Assembly (NCBI RefSeq): GCF_036971445.1
Contig: NC_091473.1
Span: 205,964,001-206,028,000, forward strand
Direction: 5' to 3'
DNA from: Narcine bancroftii
Lineage: Eukaryota
DNA: 64,000 nucleotides
Shown: positions 37,313 through 50,717 of the stretch, in pieces
Position numbering within the stretch: position 1 is the first letter of the stretch
Layout: each line of letters starts with the position of its first letter
The notes under the pieces: generated by a model
Database searches by the model: none
What the model saw: only the letters and a program-made list of their open reading frames with translations
What the model was told of the DNA's origin: nothing
Position numbers and translations under genes: made by a program

Positions 37313-38690
37313 AAATTAACTGCATAAACAAATTATCTGATGCTGAACTTCATAGAAAGCAGACGTTTAAAATGAAGATGGAGATAAAATTGATCGTGAT
37401 GCCCAAGCCTCAGTAAAGGCAGCGCTACTATATTGGTGTGGACCCACTAAGAGGGAGAAGCTGAGACACAGCACTCTCGCGGGATCCAACCCTTCAGCTC
37501 AGTGAAGGCTTTGAATGAGCCGTTTAAAGAGCCGGCGGTGGGTTTATTTAAAATAGAGCAATCGCGGGGTCTGCGCCAGTGATGGCGACGGGTATGATCT
37601 GTAGTCACCAGGGGTGCAGACTCCAGGGAGGAAGAAGAGTTTGGCAGGGGACCATAAACCGGGGAAACCGGTGCCATTTGAAAAGGAGAAGCAGAGGAGA
37701 TGACCTACAGGATAGTGACCATGGTGGCGGTCACTGATGGATTCTGCGGTTGAAGGAAGCACAGAAGCGGCGAACATCCGCTAACTTGAGGCGAGGAACC
37801 CACAGAAGATTAAGGCTGCAGGAGACTGCAGTCAAGGGCTTTGCACTAGGCTGTGGAATGCTGGAGATTGGATTGAAATTTGCTGAAAGGTTACCAGGTA
37901 TTGGAACCAGGATTCAAGAGGGGGACGAGTCTACTGAAGGATTTCGAATCATATTGGAGGTTCGGATCTCAATCTCAGTTCGCCGATGGTTTGGACTGTA
38001 ATCCTGAGCGGTTGTAATCCTGGAGCATAAGATTGTTGCAATGCCTTCTGTTAAATCAGGAATCATGGATAAAAATCATGCAAATAGTATCTTCAAGCTA
38101 ACCTGCACACCTCACCGAAAATGTCCCACCCACACTTATCAATGAATTTGTCCGTCGAAATGTTTCATTAAATTTGCAACAATACCTCCCCAGTTACCCC
38201 ATATGATAGCTTGCTCCATTCACCCACCGCACACGGTTTATGATGTATTAATTGGCGGCGGAGGCTGCGGTGCCGATGGATGCAAATCCACGGACATTCG
38301 GAGTCTCCAGGGGAACTCTATTTTTTTTAACCTTTCTGAATCTGACTGTAAAAGGCGCCTCAGGAAATTTCTGCCGATGACGAATCTGTCCGATTACAAC
38401 ATCAATTTTGTGTAATACGACACTGTTTTATTAAGTGACTATAAATTTAACATTAAATCCTGATTCTTGACTCTTTAATATATTGAATTGGATCCTAATC
38501 GGTGACTTTATTAAACCGTGCCATTTGTGCAGCCTCCGTAGAAGTGCAGAAAATGCAATTAATTAGCCTGCGAATTGACGACGAGAGAAGTGCAGCTTTT
38601 AACGAGAGATATTGTTTCCGACTGTGCTAAGTATCTTCTTGGAATGAGATTCGCTGTGTGGCAGAGAAGCAGAAGTTCCAAACAAAAACG
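37313..38690 (+). pseudogene. Decayed V split by a ~1-kb insertion (~37446-38470), with clear RSS
   Basis: TGCAG acceptor + FGN.., LLYWC before the insertion; IVSDCAKYLLGMR then CGCTGTG (38652)-23 nt-ACAAAAACG (38682-38690). The 3' half is better supported than the 5' half. Confidence 0.5.
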
Positions 38691-39052
38691 AACCAGTGGA
38701 TTTTCAGCGAATGCCTACAAGACTGCGGAGGCTCCATTGTAAAGGAAAATTATCCGAGACTAAAAGATTCTTGGTGGTTTCAAGAAATGCTCTGTCTACA
38801 TTCCTGAATTTCAAGTAAAAGGACCACAATTCTTCCAATGTTGTCCATGCTCGTTTTTTGTAAATCACACGCTCCGACCCTATCAATATTAGTACCTATT
38901 AAACTAGCCATCTACAAGAATATATATTTTCCGCCTTGATATCGAGGTAAATTATTGTAAATTTATACTGAGTTATAGAAACTCTTGATATGATTAGAAT
39001 ATTTTATTTGATATTCTGCATCCAGGAAGCTTAGCGATTCACCAGAAACCCT

Positions 39053-39600
39053 ATGTTTCAGCAATTCTTTTGCTTGTTGCTGTTTTCAATTCCCGATATA
39101 GTGTGAGCACTGTGCCTTTCGGAAATCGCTGATGAGCTCGTGAAATTTAAAGTTTAGTGAGACCCCAAAGCTAGCTGCCATACCAGCGTTTGGTATTTCA
39201 TTCTGAGAAATGCAGTTTTTGGAAATATGAACTCTAATGTCCTGCTCCGCTAAATAAAGTTCATTCTTGTTCCTTGCACATGAGGTGTTTGCTCGTGTGT
39301 GTGCCTCCATTGGTTGTACCGTGACCCATCGCAGACCCCAAAATACATGGGCCTCTGTGGGATAATGTAAACATTAAATTGCTTGAAGTATGTATCTGAT
39401 TCTCTGAAAGGATTGACGTGGTGCAGAAAATTAAAAAGTTAATTTGAAGCAGATTGGTATATTTATATAATTTCTTGTTGAAAGTGGATCTCTGAGAAGG
39501 TTCACTCTGAGTGGACGTCTATTACATAAGTTCATACACTTAAACACAGAGAATGGTATCTCAGCAACAAGATGCTGACAACTTGAGCAATTTTGGCATT
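39053..39600 (+). pseudogene. Decayed TCR V pseudogene
   Basis: Leader MFQQFFCLLLFSIPDI + GTGAGC; TVTH.RP..SVG.NV.LNC, WCRK, RRFTLSG..KFIHLN in shifting frames. Confidence 0.5.
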
Positions 39601-40068
39601 TAGTGTCAGAGTGCCCTCCTGTATCGTGAACGTGTTTCCAACAAGAATCTTCTCGGCAGTTCCTGGGAAATGTTTTTCCATTAAAAGGGCTGGAAATTGA
39701 AACACTAAATTTAGTGAGGAGATCTTAGAATAGTGNNNNNNNNNNNNNNNNNNNNNNNNNNNNNNNNNNNNNNNNNNNNNNNNNNNNNNNNNNNNNNNNN
39801 NNNNNNNNNNNNNNNNNNNNNNNNNNNNNNNNNNNNNNNNNNNNNNNNNNNNNNNNNNNNNNNNNNNNNNNNNNNNNNNNNNNNNNNAGAGATGATGTGG
39901 GATAAAGCACGTGGGAAAGAGAATCGTATAGCCAGAAATTTCCTCATTATGTCGCTAGCAAATCAGAAACCGAAGATCCGCTCATATTCTCGTGTAAAGC
40001 GAAGAACCTGCGCCTGATCAGTGTCACATTAGAAATACCAAATCCACAGCAGACACACATTGAAACCA

Positions 40069-40220
40069 ATGCGCTCATCCACTCTCTGGTTGACGCTGAA
40101 AATGTTATCTGTGTTTCCCGGTGAGACCCTGTATCAATGGATCTGCCGTGCCCCGTGACTACAGTTCAGTTCCAAGCTGATCACAGTTTTCCTGTTTTGT
40201 TGTAGGGGACTTTGGTGACG
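40069..40220 (+). pseudogene. 5' part of a split TCR V (leader 40069-40120; V exon start 40206-40220)
   Basis: MRSSTLWLTLKMLSVFP-G, GTGAGA donor, TGTAG acceptor, GDFGD; paralog of 51608; interrupted by a Gypsy LTR. Confidence 0.8.
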
Positions 40221-41719
40221 GTTTTTTATTGCGTACTTTCTTTTGTGTCGAGTAGGTGGGTGCGGTAAACCAAACAAATTACTTTACTGAACACAACGAA
40301 CCATGCTAGACATGGTAGAGATGGGGAGATCGTTCCCACGGTGTGGCTTCTGGTCCCTGCCAATATTAGAATCAAATAATGTGCACTCGTGGGCCTCGCA
40401 CATGCGTAACATGCTGTTGTGTACGGTGGCTGCAATGTGGTTATAGTGGGTACAGATAAGCTGATTACAGCGGCTGTCTATGTCCCTGACATGTCACATA
40501 CTTTCTACTAGTGCAATAATATATACAAACAAACACTTTTCATTCAACCCAGTTCAGTACTGGTATTTTGGGTTGGGCTCACAACAAGAGCAGCGCATAT
40601 TTTGTAATAGCCATCCGCTGATGTGGATGGTTAGAGCAACTTGTCCTGATTGTTTCTGCTGTCCACAGGCTGAGGGGAAATGTCCATCACCTCTTCTGTT
40701 GTTACGGGGATGGGGGCTCTTGTCTATCCAGGGCTCAGGTTCCAACTGCAAACGTGCCGATTTGTCTTGGTTGTTTTTAGATGGAGTGGCTCTCCTACTG
40801 GGAGGATGCGTCGTCTGTTCTTCCTGTATTTCTGCCTCCGAACGAACCAGGTAAGACGTGGGTTGCAGCCAGTTAATTTCCACGATACCCGGGTGATCGT
40901 AACCTTGTGAATGATTTGCCCTTTGGTCAATGGCATGATAGACTACCTCGTTTATAGTAACCTTAATTTGTGCTAGCCTTCTGTTTATCAGCTGGACTTT
41001 GATGTCATACGGGTCCTTTGGTTCGGGCCCCAGAAATCTTCTTGCAACTGGTAGAGTAGTGCTGGTCTGCCTGTACATTAACCAGTGCGCTGGCGAGACC
41101 AGGGTTGTGTCGTGGCGGCATGTTTCTTAAGTTTTGTAGAGTGAGCGAAATGTCTGCCCTCTCTCTGTGGAAATTCTGCATTAGTTGCTTGGCACTTCGC
41201 ACCGCATTTCGAGCCAGCCCATTTGATTGTGTTAACTCTAGTCTGCTGGTGATGTGGCTGAAGTCTCATTCTGTCGCCAAATTGCGGAACCTCTCGCAAG
41301 TGAACTGTCTACCGTTGTCCGAGAGAAATGTGTGAGCAGGCCCATGTACCAAAGAATCCATTTTAATTTGATGATGACAGCCACAAAGGTTGCGATCTGG
41401 AGCAGGTCTACATCAAACCAGCCTGAGTATGAATCTATTTGTATTATGTACTGTTGCCTCCGCCATTCAAAGATGTCGGAATCCTCGATCGACCAGGGAT
41501 GGTCGGATACCGGGTGTAACTGTAATGGCTCTTTCTGCTGGTATGGCTTGGTACTATCTTCATCAATGTTCTCTGACGTCGCTGGCCAAAAGTAAATGCC
41601 CCTTATTCTGCGTTTTATTGCTTCGGCGCCAGGTTGCCCGCTGTGCAGTATCTCCACAGTGTTCTGGGGATGCCTGCACTAAATCCCTTCAGGATTACCC
41701 CATCATCAATAAACAAATC

Positions 41720-43298
41720 ATTCCCATTTTTGTTTAGTTTTACCATTAGTTTCCTCATTTTCCTTTTCTTGCAGTTTGATGTACATGTTTGTAACAATTT
41801 TTTTGATTATCATTGTGTCTGTAATCACATATTCAAAATTGGTTCCTTCTGGTAACCTCAGACTGTTTCCCAATTTGTCCTTCAAGTAGGTTTTCAGTTG
41901 GTAGTATGCAAATATTGTATCGTGAGTTATAATATATTTATCCTTCATTTGTTCAAAGGATAATCATTTATTTCCCGAAAAACAATTTTCTATTCTTTTG
42001 ATCCATTTTCTCTCCCATTCTCTAATAGAAAGGTTATCTATTGTAAAAGGGATTAGCTGATTTTGCATCAATATTAGTTTTGGTAGTTGGTAATTTGTTT
42101 TATTCCTTTCTACATGAATCTTCTTCCAAATGTTGAGCAGATGTTGCAATACCGGTGAATTCCTACATTGTACCAATTTTTCATCCCATTTATACAGTAC
42201 ATATAGTATTTATATAGTATATCTTCTCCCCTATTTTATCTAGTTGTAATCTGGTCAAATCTGGTTTTTCCCTTGTTTGATAAAAATCTGATAGGTATCT
42301 TAATTGTGCGGCTCTATAATAATTTTTAAAGTTTGGTAGTTCTAAGCCTCCTTGTTTGTACCATTTTGTTAATTTATCTAGTGCTATCCTCGGTTTCCCC
42401 CCTGTCCATAACAAAATTCCTTAATATTTTCTTTAACTCCTTGAAGAATTTCTCTGTGATCTAAACATAAAGATAAAGAATGAAACATGGGAGAAGCTAT
42501 GATCCAGAACTATGAGAAATACAATAAACACGAGGTTACATATGATACAATATAACTGGATATACAGGTTATACATCACACCTCAAAAGTTAAATAAATG
42601 AGACCCAACAGTATCAGACAGATGTTTTCACTGTAAAAAAGGAAAGGAGAACAACAATTCAAGCAATTTGGACATGTGAGAAAGTGAAAAAATTTGGGGA
42701 AGATCTAAACCAGATATTAAGTAAAATCACAAAAAGCAATATACCAAAAAACCCAGAGATCTTCCTCCTAAGTAATATAAGAAACAAAGGATTTGGACTC
42801 GATTTGGATGGAGCACAAAAAAGATTTGTTATGATAGCCCTAGCTGTAGCAAAAAAAATGTATTATGTCAACCTGGAAATTAGAAGGTAACTTGAGAATA
42901 CAACAATGGTATATAGAAATGAATAAGTGTATTCCATTTGAAAAAATAACATATAATTTAAGAAATAATATTACAATATTCGAACAAATATGGGAGCCAT
43001 ACATGAAACACAATAGAGAAATCCTACCGTGGACTTCCACCACCTAAAATGAGAGATGGAGAAGATAATGAAAAGAATTGACTCAGCAAAATTTCTTGTT
43101 TGTTTTTATTAAGTGACAACATTGTTTAACGGGTTTAATGTATCTTATAGTTTGAACTTTAAATAAATGGGAAAGGGAGTGAGGGAGGGAGGGAAGGGAG
43201 GGGGATAAAAGGGGGAGAAAACGACACTGTATATATTTCAGAAGAAAAATGTCTATGTATCTTGGTTAATATGGTTTATAGTGTGAACAATTAAAAAA
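41720..43298 (+). mobile_element. 5'-inverted (twin-primed) L1 insertion inside Gypsy pol
   Basis: TSD AATAAACAAATC (41708-41719 / 43299-43310); inverted segment 41720-42457, forward segment 42458-43298 with A-tail. Confidence 0.92.
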
Positions 43299-45584
43299 AA
43301 TAAACAAATCTTTACTCTAGGGAACGGAAGGTTGCACAGCTGGTGGCCAGCTGCGCTGCCTGGCTGACCAGCTGCCCTTAATGAAGATCCGCAAAGTAGC
43401 ATGGGTTCCATGTGCTTTGTTAGTTCATCCAGCCGGGCCTAGGAAATGTGGGTTAGGTCATCACATGGGAACTGTCGTCTTCCTCGACCAGCTGGACGAT
43501 GCAATTTGAAACATCGACCAAATACATTTCCTTGCAGCATTTGTGTACTAGGGTAATAGGGTATTTCTTGAGCCTCAACTCATATCCTGCTGTCCTCCGG
43601 CGCTTCGTGAATTGGCTTGTTTATTGTGGTCACCAGAGGTAAGTGGTTGGTTTCTGTGGTGACTAGCCTGGCATCGACAAATTCATTCATTTTCGAGCAT
43701 GCGAAAATTATCGCCAGTAGCTATTTTTCTAGTGAACATACCTCGTTTCCATATCTGTAGACAGCAAGAAGAGTATTACTGGTTTTCCGTCCTGCATTTA
43801 TGATTCCCTCGGCAGTACTGTGAGGCAACGCAGGTCAGCATCACCAGTCTACATACGCCATATTAGGAGAGGACTGGAGGGAACCACATGTGTTTCTTTA
43901 GGGTATCGAATGCATTTTGTTATTGTTCGTGCAAGGTCCATTCAATGTCTCTATAGGTCAACTGTTCAAGGGGGCTGTCAGTTCAATGAAGTTGCAGATA
44001 AACTTTCTCAAGTCGTTCATCCTGCCCAGGAACAGTTGCAGTGCAGCAATGTTCGTAGGCACCGTAATTTCATTGAAAACTCTTGTTTTAGGAGGGCCTG
44101 CATTTAGGGCATTGCTGGTGAACATGTTACACAGATAGCTGTGTTGATTTACAAATGACTTGCTGAGAACCAGGTTTACATTCAGTGCCTGATCGAACAC
44201 CTTTCTTCGGTTAGCGTCATGCATTTATTGTTGAATATGATGGAACATGGGTACCTTTGGAATACCTCGCAAGTCGGCGTGATGCCAAAGAACATTGTGA
44301 AAAACTGTACCGACCAATAGCAGTGCTGAACGAGGTCAGTAGTGATCAGCAGTAGTCGAGCAAGATGTGCCTGACGAGATCTTTACACCCAGGACCGAGT
44401 ATACCATTGAGCTTGCCATCTGTGCAGCAGGCGTGCATGGAGTGATATTGTTCTAACACAGTTCTCGTGGATTTATACATATTCTCATACACGGTCCATC
44501 TTCATTTGGTGGCTATCATGAAGGACACTATTTGGTTTGTTCCTTGGGTGAAGTGATGAAACCCAGGTCCTGCATTCTGTGCAACTTAGCCTTGAATTTA
44601 TCCTTCATTGCTACTGGAATGCGGTGCACCAGACGGACTACAATTCTTACCTCTGTGTCTAGCCGCATGGAGTACATCACTGGCAGCCTGCAGAACTCGT
44701 GTTGGAAATGTTAACTGTACTCCGAAAAACGTTTATGTGAGATATCGTCCTTGGAGTGGCTTATCTGATGGACCTCGGTGCTAAATGAAACAAACCCCAT
44801 GTCCATGCACGCACTGAGGCCTAGCAGAGGCATGACTTCCACGTGGACCTTGAAGGAATTTAGCATGTGGATCCTTCATTGTAAAAAAATATCACAGACA
44901 CATCGTGCAGTTGGTCTGGATTCTGCTTACTCTATAAGCAATACACTGATAGACGATGCATGGTTTTACTTGTCTTGTCCACCTCAGCTTGTTAAACGTC
45001 CTCAGTATCATGAAATTGCATTTTCCCCAGTGTCGACTTTCATCCCACTTGTGGTGCTGTTGACTTCCATGGATGCCAAGATCTCTGCTGGGTTGCCTGC
45101 CATCCTCGTGGTAAGCCTATCAACCTATTACTTATCATCAGTCTCTCTCTCTCTCTCTGCTCTGTTTCCAAGTGGTCGATGGTTCTCCTGGGTCTTGTCC
45201 CTGCAGTGGTTTACTTCCTGGAACATCAGCACTAGATGATGTGGTTCAATTTGTTGCAGTTCCTGCAATGCTGCCCGAACACTGACAGATCTCCCTTCTT
45301 AGCATGTGATCTCATCTGCAGTTGCCACATCTTGTCTTCGACGTAGGGTGGCCGGGCTGGCTTGGCAGGCTCTTCCTTCTGACCTCATTCCACTGTCTGT
45401 TCGCCAGTTCCGACTGTATTGCATCAATGCTTATGGCCTGGTGGAGGGATAAAATGGGACCCCTTGGAGATCACAAAGCAGGCTCCGTGAAAACCAGAGG
45501 GGATGGGATAAAATTTAAACTATCTTTTTGTCCTTCGGTATTCATCAAAGAAAAGAATATTGAGCGAAATATAGTGACGAAATG

Positions 45585-47212
45585 ACGTAGGGAGGTCATG
45601 GATAATATAAGAATCAATGAGGAGTTAGTGAGAGCTATAGGAATAAAGGATCAAGGTGGATAAATCTGCAGGTCCTGACAAAACTTTCCAGAGGAACGTG
45701 AGGGAGGTTAGTGAGCAAATAGTGGGGGCGTTGAACGAAATACTTAAAATTTCACTGGCCATGGAGTAGTACCAGAGGACTGGAAAGTGGCTCATGTTGT
45801 TCCACTGTTCAAATAAGGATCCCAAAGTAAACCTGGTAATTTTAGGTCTGCACGTCGGACGTCAGGCGTGGGTAAATTAATAGAAACTTTTTTGAGAGAT
45901 GGTGCATATCACTATCTGGAAAGACAGGGATTGATTCGCCGTAGTAAGCATAGTTTTGTTCATGGTACATCATATCTAACATATATTATAGAAGTTTTCG
46001 AGGAAGTTACTAAAAAGGTTTGATGACGGGAAGGTGTTGGATGTTGTCTATGTGGACGACAGCAGGTTTTTTAAAGGGTTCCCCATACGAGGTTAATAAA
46101 GAAGGTAAAAACATTAGGTATTAATTATGAAGTAGTAAAATGGATTCAACAACATTTGGATGGGAGGTGCCAGAGAGTAGTGGTGGAAAATTTTATGTGG
46201 AATTGGAAGCCGGTGACGAGTGGAGTGCCCCAGGTGACGAGTGGAGTCCACTGCAGTTTGTCATATATATTAACGATCCTGATGATAGGGTGGATAATTG
46301 GATTTGTACATTTGCAAATGATACAAGGGTTGGCGGTGTTGTGAACAGCGAGAAAGTTTATCAATGCTTACATGACGATATAGGACAGTTATAAAAGTGG
46401 TCTGGAAGATAGCATATGGAGATTAACACAGATAAATGTGATATGATATAGCTTAGTCGGACTAATTAGTATAGGATATACATGTTAAATGATAGACAAT
46501 TGCGAAGTGCAGTGGAGTAAATCGATTTAGGATTCATGGTACATAATTCCCTGAAAGTGAAATCACATATAGATAGGGTGGTGAAGAAGACATTTATTAT
46601 GTTAGCTTTCATAAATCAAAGTATTGAATAGAGAAGTTGGGATGTTATGGTGAAATGTGTTAAGCATTGGCAAAGCCAAATTTGGAATATTTGGTGCAGT
46701 TTTGGTCGCTGAATCAATGGAAGGATGTAAAAAGAAAAGAGAGGTTGCAGAGGAGCTTTACAAGAATTTAACCAGGGTTTCATGGGTGGAGTTATAAGGA
46801 AAGGTTGAGCAGGCTGGGACTTTATTCCCTGGAGCATAGAAGATTGAGGAGTGATTTGATAGAAATATTCAGAATTATAGGGGGGTAAGAAGGAGGCTTT
46901 TTCCATTGTGTGTGGGGGTGATTCAAGCAAGAGGGCATGGATTGAGAGTAAAAGTGTATAGGTTTGGGGAAACATGAGGGGGAATTTCTTCACGCAGAAG
47001 GTGGTGGGGGTATGGAATGAACTTCCAGCAGAGGTGGTAGAAGCGAGATCGTTGTTAATATTTAAGGATAATTTAGATAACTATATGGATAGAAGTGGTG
47101 TGGAAGGTTCTGTACCGAATGTGCGTTAGTAGAATTAGATGGGAAAAGATGTTTGCCCCGCATAGTAGGGCTAAACTGGCCTGTTTCTGTGTTGTAAATG
47201 GTTATATAGTTA
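45585..47212 (+). mobile_element. 5'-truncated CR1 LINE nested in Gypsy gag
   Basis: Collinear with the CR1 at 19.1-20.8 kb (NWKPVTSGVPQ, FANDTRVGG); 3' ATGGTTATATAG tail. Confidence 0.92.
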
Positions 47213-48063
47213 AATTATCGGACAGCCTTGTGCTGTTTTCGTCGCTAGGTTTGTACAGGTACATGCTGCGATGGCTTTGTGTAGTGTCTGCTCACCGCCT
47301 TGCAGGAGCACCTTCCGCATATTATCGTCGGAAATGCAAGAGATCGTTATGTCTTTAGTTTGTCACAGAACGTGCAGAACTCGCAGGATTCCTCCCTGAA
47401 TTTTAAATCGCCGATGTCTGAGTGTATCGAATTGCCAGGCATTTGATATCTTCTGCTGAATTTGTCCATTTCCATTGTCATATTTTTTCTGATGGTTGTA
47501 GATTTCTCTAAATTTATGCTTTAAAATTTCGGAGTCCTCTCTTGACTCACCCGGAGGGGGAAATGTTTCCATAACGAATTTTTCTCACACATACAAATGA
47601 CCTTTCCTTTTCAATGGCCTCCATGGCCGCAAAAGTTAACAAAATTGACGCTGTGGTGTTTCCACTATAAATATGTCATATTCCTGTTCGCAAACTGTGA
47701 CAGTTGTTTGCCACTGTTCAATCAAATGCGATTGGGTCTGGCCATCTGAATGCGTCCGCCATCATGGCGCCTGTACAAAACGTGGTTGTGGTTATTTACT
47801 GCGGCAATGATTGGAAGTTATCTGGCTTCGGACGCTTTTTTTCCCACTATGTTCGTTATTGCCTGATTAAAAACGAGTACAGTCGGCTTGTGAGACAAAT
47901 CCAGACATAAGACTTTACTGAACACAACCAAATATGCTGGAGATGCCAATACGCGATTCAACCAACGCACCCTCTCGCATGCGCAGTGTGCTGTTGCGAA
48001 TACCGTGGCTGCAATGCGATTTTATTGGGTGCAAAGCAACAGATGGCAGCGGCTGTCTCCAGC

Positions 48064-48270
48064 GTCGATTCTATTTCTCAATGTCCATTTGAGGTGTGCC
48101 TGCCTTCTCTTATATCCAGCATCCTGGAAATGCATCGAGATATTGAATAAAATAATAAGCACTGGGGTGAAGACCAACCTTTGAATTTCCGAGACCGGTT
48201 TTCTTCTGCTTATCAGAAAATAAGTTGGGCGGTTCCTTTTACTATCTCTGACGTCCTTTTCTGTTCGCCA
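48064..48270 (+). pseudogene. 3' part of the split TCR V
   Basis: DSISQCPFEV..YIQHPGNASRY..STG.ED..EFRDRFSSAYQKISWAVPFTISDV; collinear with V 51739; 3' end and RSS deleted. Confidence 0.8.
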
Positions 48271-49119
48271 TGTAGCCCTCTTGATGAGGAAGTGTTTGTG
48301 GCTTTGGGTCAGGAACCTGCATCAACTATCAAAAACTTGAAGGGGGAGTGTTGACCAAAAGAGGCAAATGGATTTGATGGGATAGGGTGTGAAGCTTCTT
48401 AGATATACCATGTGAGGACACTATACGGATCGCAGCTCACATCGAATGTGTTTCACATTTATTTCAACACCGTTTGCCCAAAGCACCTTGCGTACTCCAA
48501 CTTTCACTTCACCAATCTCCTGCTATGCGGAGTTTTATGCAGTTTTCTGTGGGGAAATTGCTCTCGAATAACCCTTTGAGCTGCATGTTTATGGAAGCGC
48601 CTTACATATTGGGTCCAATCCAAGGCTCGAGATAATTATTTCCGTCGGAACTTGCGGCCGAGTAACCCAATATAAATACGTCCGATTTTTAAAGATTAAC
48701 ATCGCCTTGATACCCTGTTGCCCTGAATAGTGTAGAAATTTACAATCAGAGATACAGGTCATTGTTCTTAAACCAGTATGACTCGCGGGATATTATGCTC
48801 TCTGTCCCTTAACCACGGCAGTGGGCAGCGGATGCTTTTATCAGATTGGGCCAATGCACAGAATTGCGGATCAGAGCATGCATCGAACATTTATTTTAGA
48901 ACTTCTGAAAAAGAAGGGACTGAAATCATTACACTCTGGTATGAAACGCTGGTTTTGTTAGGATCGTGTGAGTAGGGCATGATGTTTCATTCGAGAAATG
49001 GTGGGATCTTGAAAGAAACAATGAAATATCAAGGGCAAAGGGAGGGAGAGATCTTGCCAGGGAGAGACAGATGAAAAGAAGGAGCCGCGAAAATAGTCAA
49101 CGGACATAAAATAAAACAT

Positions 49120-50450
49120 ATAGACACGTAGAGCATAGAAACATTACATACCTACACTTACCCACGCCAATCAAAGTGTTCCACCCACACAAACCCCCTT
49201 TGCAATCGTATGTACAATCAACTCATTCGGCATCTTGTTCTACACATCCACCACACTCTACACTTTCTTAACATTGGCCAACCTGTTAAATACATCTTCT
49301 TTCACCTTTAGGGTGTCGTGATCAATTACTTTCCTCTGGGGAAAAGACTGCATTTCCCCTGATGTATTCGTCTCCTGATAACGTGTACAAATCGAAAACA
49401 TCACTAATAAAGTCATAGCCTTGCCAACCTCTTCAAATAGCTCAGGCATCCGAGTCCTGGAAACATCCTGATAAATATCCTTTCCAACCTCTCCGTATTG
49501 GCAACATCTTTTATATTACACGTTGACCAAATCAGAGCACAACAATCCAAATAGGACCGCATGAACAACTCATAATGCTGCAGAATTACCTTCAAACATC
49601 TCTACTCATTACTGGATCCGATGCAGGCAAATCGGCGGAGAGTCTTGTGACGAGCATATCTACCTGTGCAGTGATACTCATTGTCTGTACACCTCTGTCC
49701 GGCCATATTTATCAGATTCCTGCAATTCACTCTTTAGATCATGACCACGTTGGATCTCCCAGACACAACAGCTGACTATTGCGAAATAAATTCAAAAAAT
49801 ATTCAACTTCCGACCAGCCCAATCTTTGAAGGTTTCACCGCAATCTTTTTAAAACTTATTCACAATCTAAAATGGCACACGTCTCAGTTTCATGCGAAAA
49901 TTTGATCATCCTGCCACGAACATTTTAATCCAAATCATTGTATTGCTGCCAAATTGGAAAAGTCCCAGTACGAAAGCCAACATACAAATTACATCACCTG
50001 TGAGAGAATACAAGCTGTTATATCTAATAGCCAATGTCATACTGGAAGAACACCACTTGGCAAAAATAATATTGGCTCTTTATGAAATTTGTCGGACGTA
50101 TTTTATGTCACAGGGCATAGAACAAATATTAGTCAATCAGGTTTGTGACCGGAGGTAAACTTTGTTAGTAGCCTGTTGTCCTACTGATAATTTCAATGTT
50201 ACCCGTGGAGTTTATTCTTAAACGGCTCCTTTGGAAACCGCGATTTTGCTTTACTGCCAGCTAGTGAAGTTTGCACACATTGATACTGGACCATATGGCT
50301 ATGATTCAAAGTCTCAGAATCGTCTGAGCTGACGCCAGAGAGGAACGATCTGTAACAATTAATTGAAACTACATGACAGCACTCAGTCAATACTCTCATT
50401 TGGCACACCTGGTGATCCGAAGAATATGCAAAGTACCTACTGAAGACATT
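49120..50450 (-). mobile_element. Old CR1 fragment
   Basis: ORF 49413-49595 (ELFMRSYLDCCALIWS..LERIFIRMFPGL). Confidence 0.7.
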
Positions 50451-50604
50451 CAAAATTGGATCAGCAGAGCGATTTATAGATTCTCGACACAGGTTTTCTG
50501 CTGTTTATCATCAGAAAATCGGGCACTCTACTTCTTCTGTCTTGACTCTGAGGCCGAGTGTTTCCGTGTGCCATGAGATCCACACTGTGGTGGAGTATCA
50601 GAAG

Positions 50605-50717
50605 ACACTTATCAAGACCAATACAATTATAAAGACCAATACACTTATAAAGACCAATACACTGGTAAAGACCAATACACTTATAAAGACCAATACACTT
50701 ATAAAGACCAATACACT
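50605..50717. repeat. 18-bp minisatellite, ~6.3 copies (ACACTTATAAAGACCAAT)
   Basis: Direct inspection; gives the spurious CIGLYK repeat ORF. Confidence 0.95.

Larger units (their letters stand above)
40221..48063 (-). mobile_element. Gypsy/Ty3 LTR retrotransposon, degenerate, with both LTRs (~40221-40498 and ~47850-48063)
   Basis: LTRs share ACTTTACTGAACACAAC, GTGGCTGCAATG and CAGCGGCTGTCT; gag start MADAFR.PDPIAFD (~47763 downward); RT (FLGRMNDLRKFI); integrase (LHSGQPG..YFWP..DIFEW..DSYSGWF). Confidence 0.88.
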
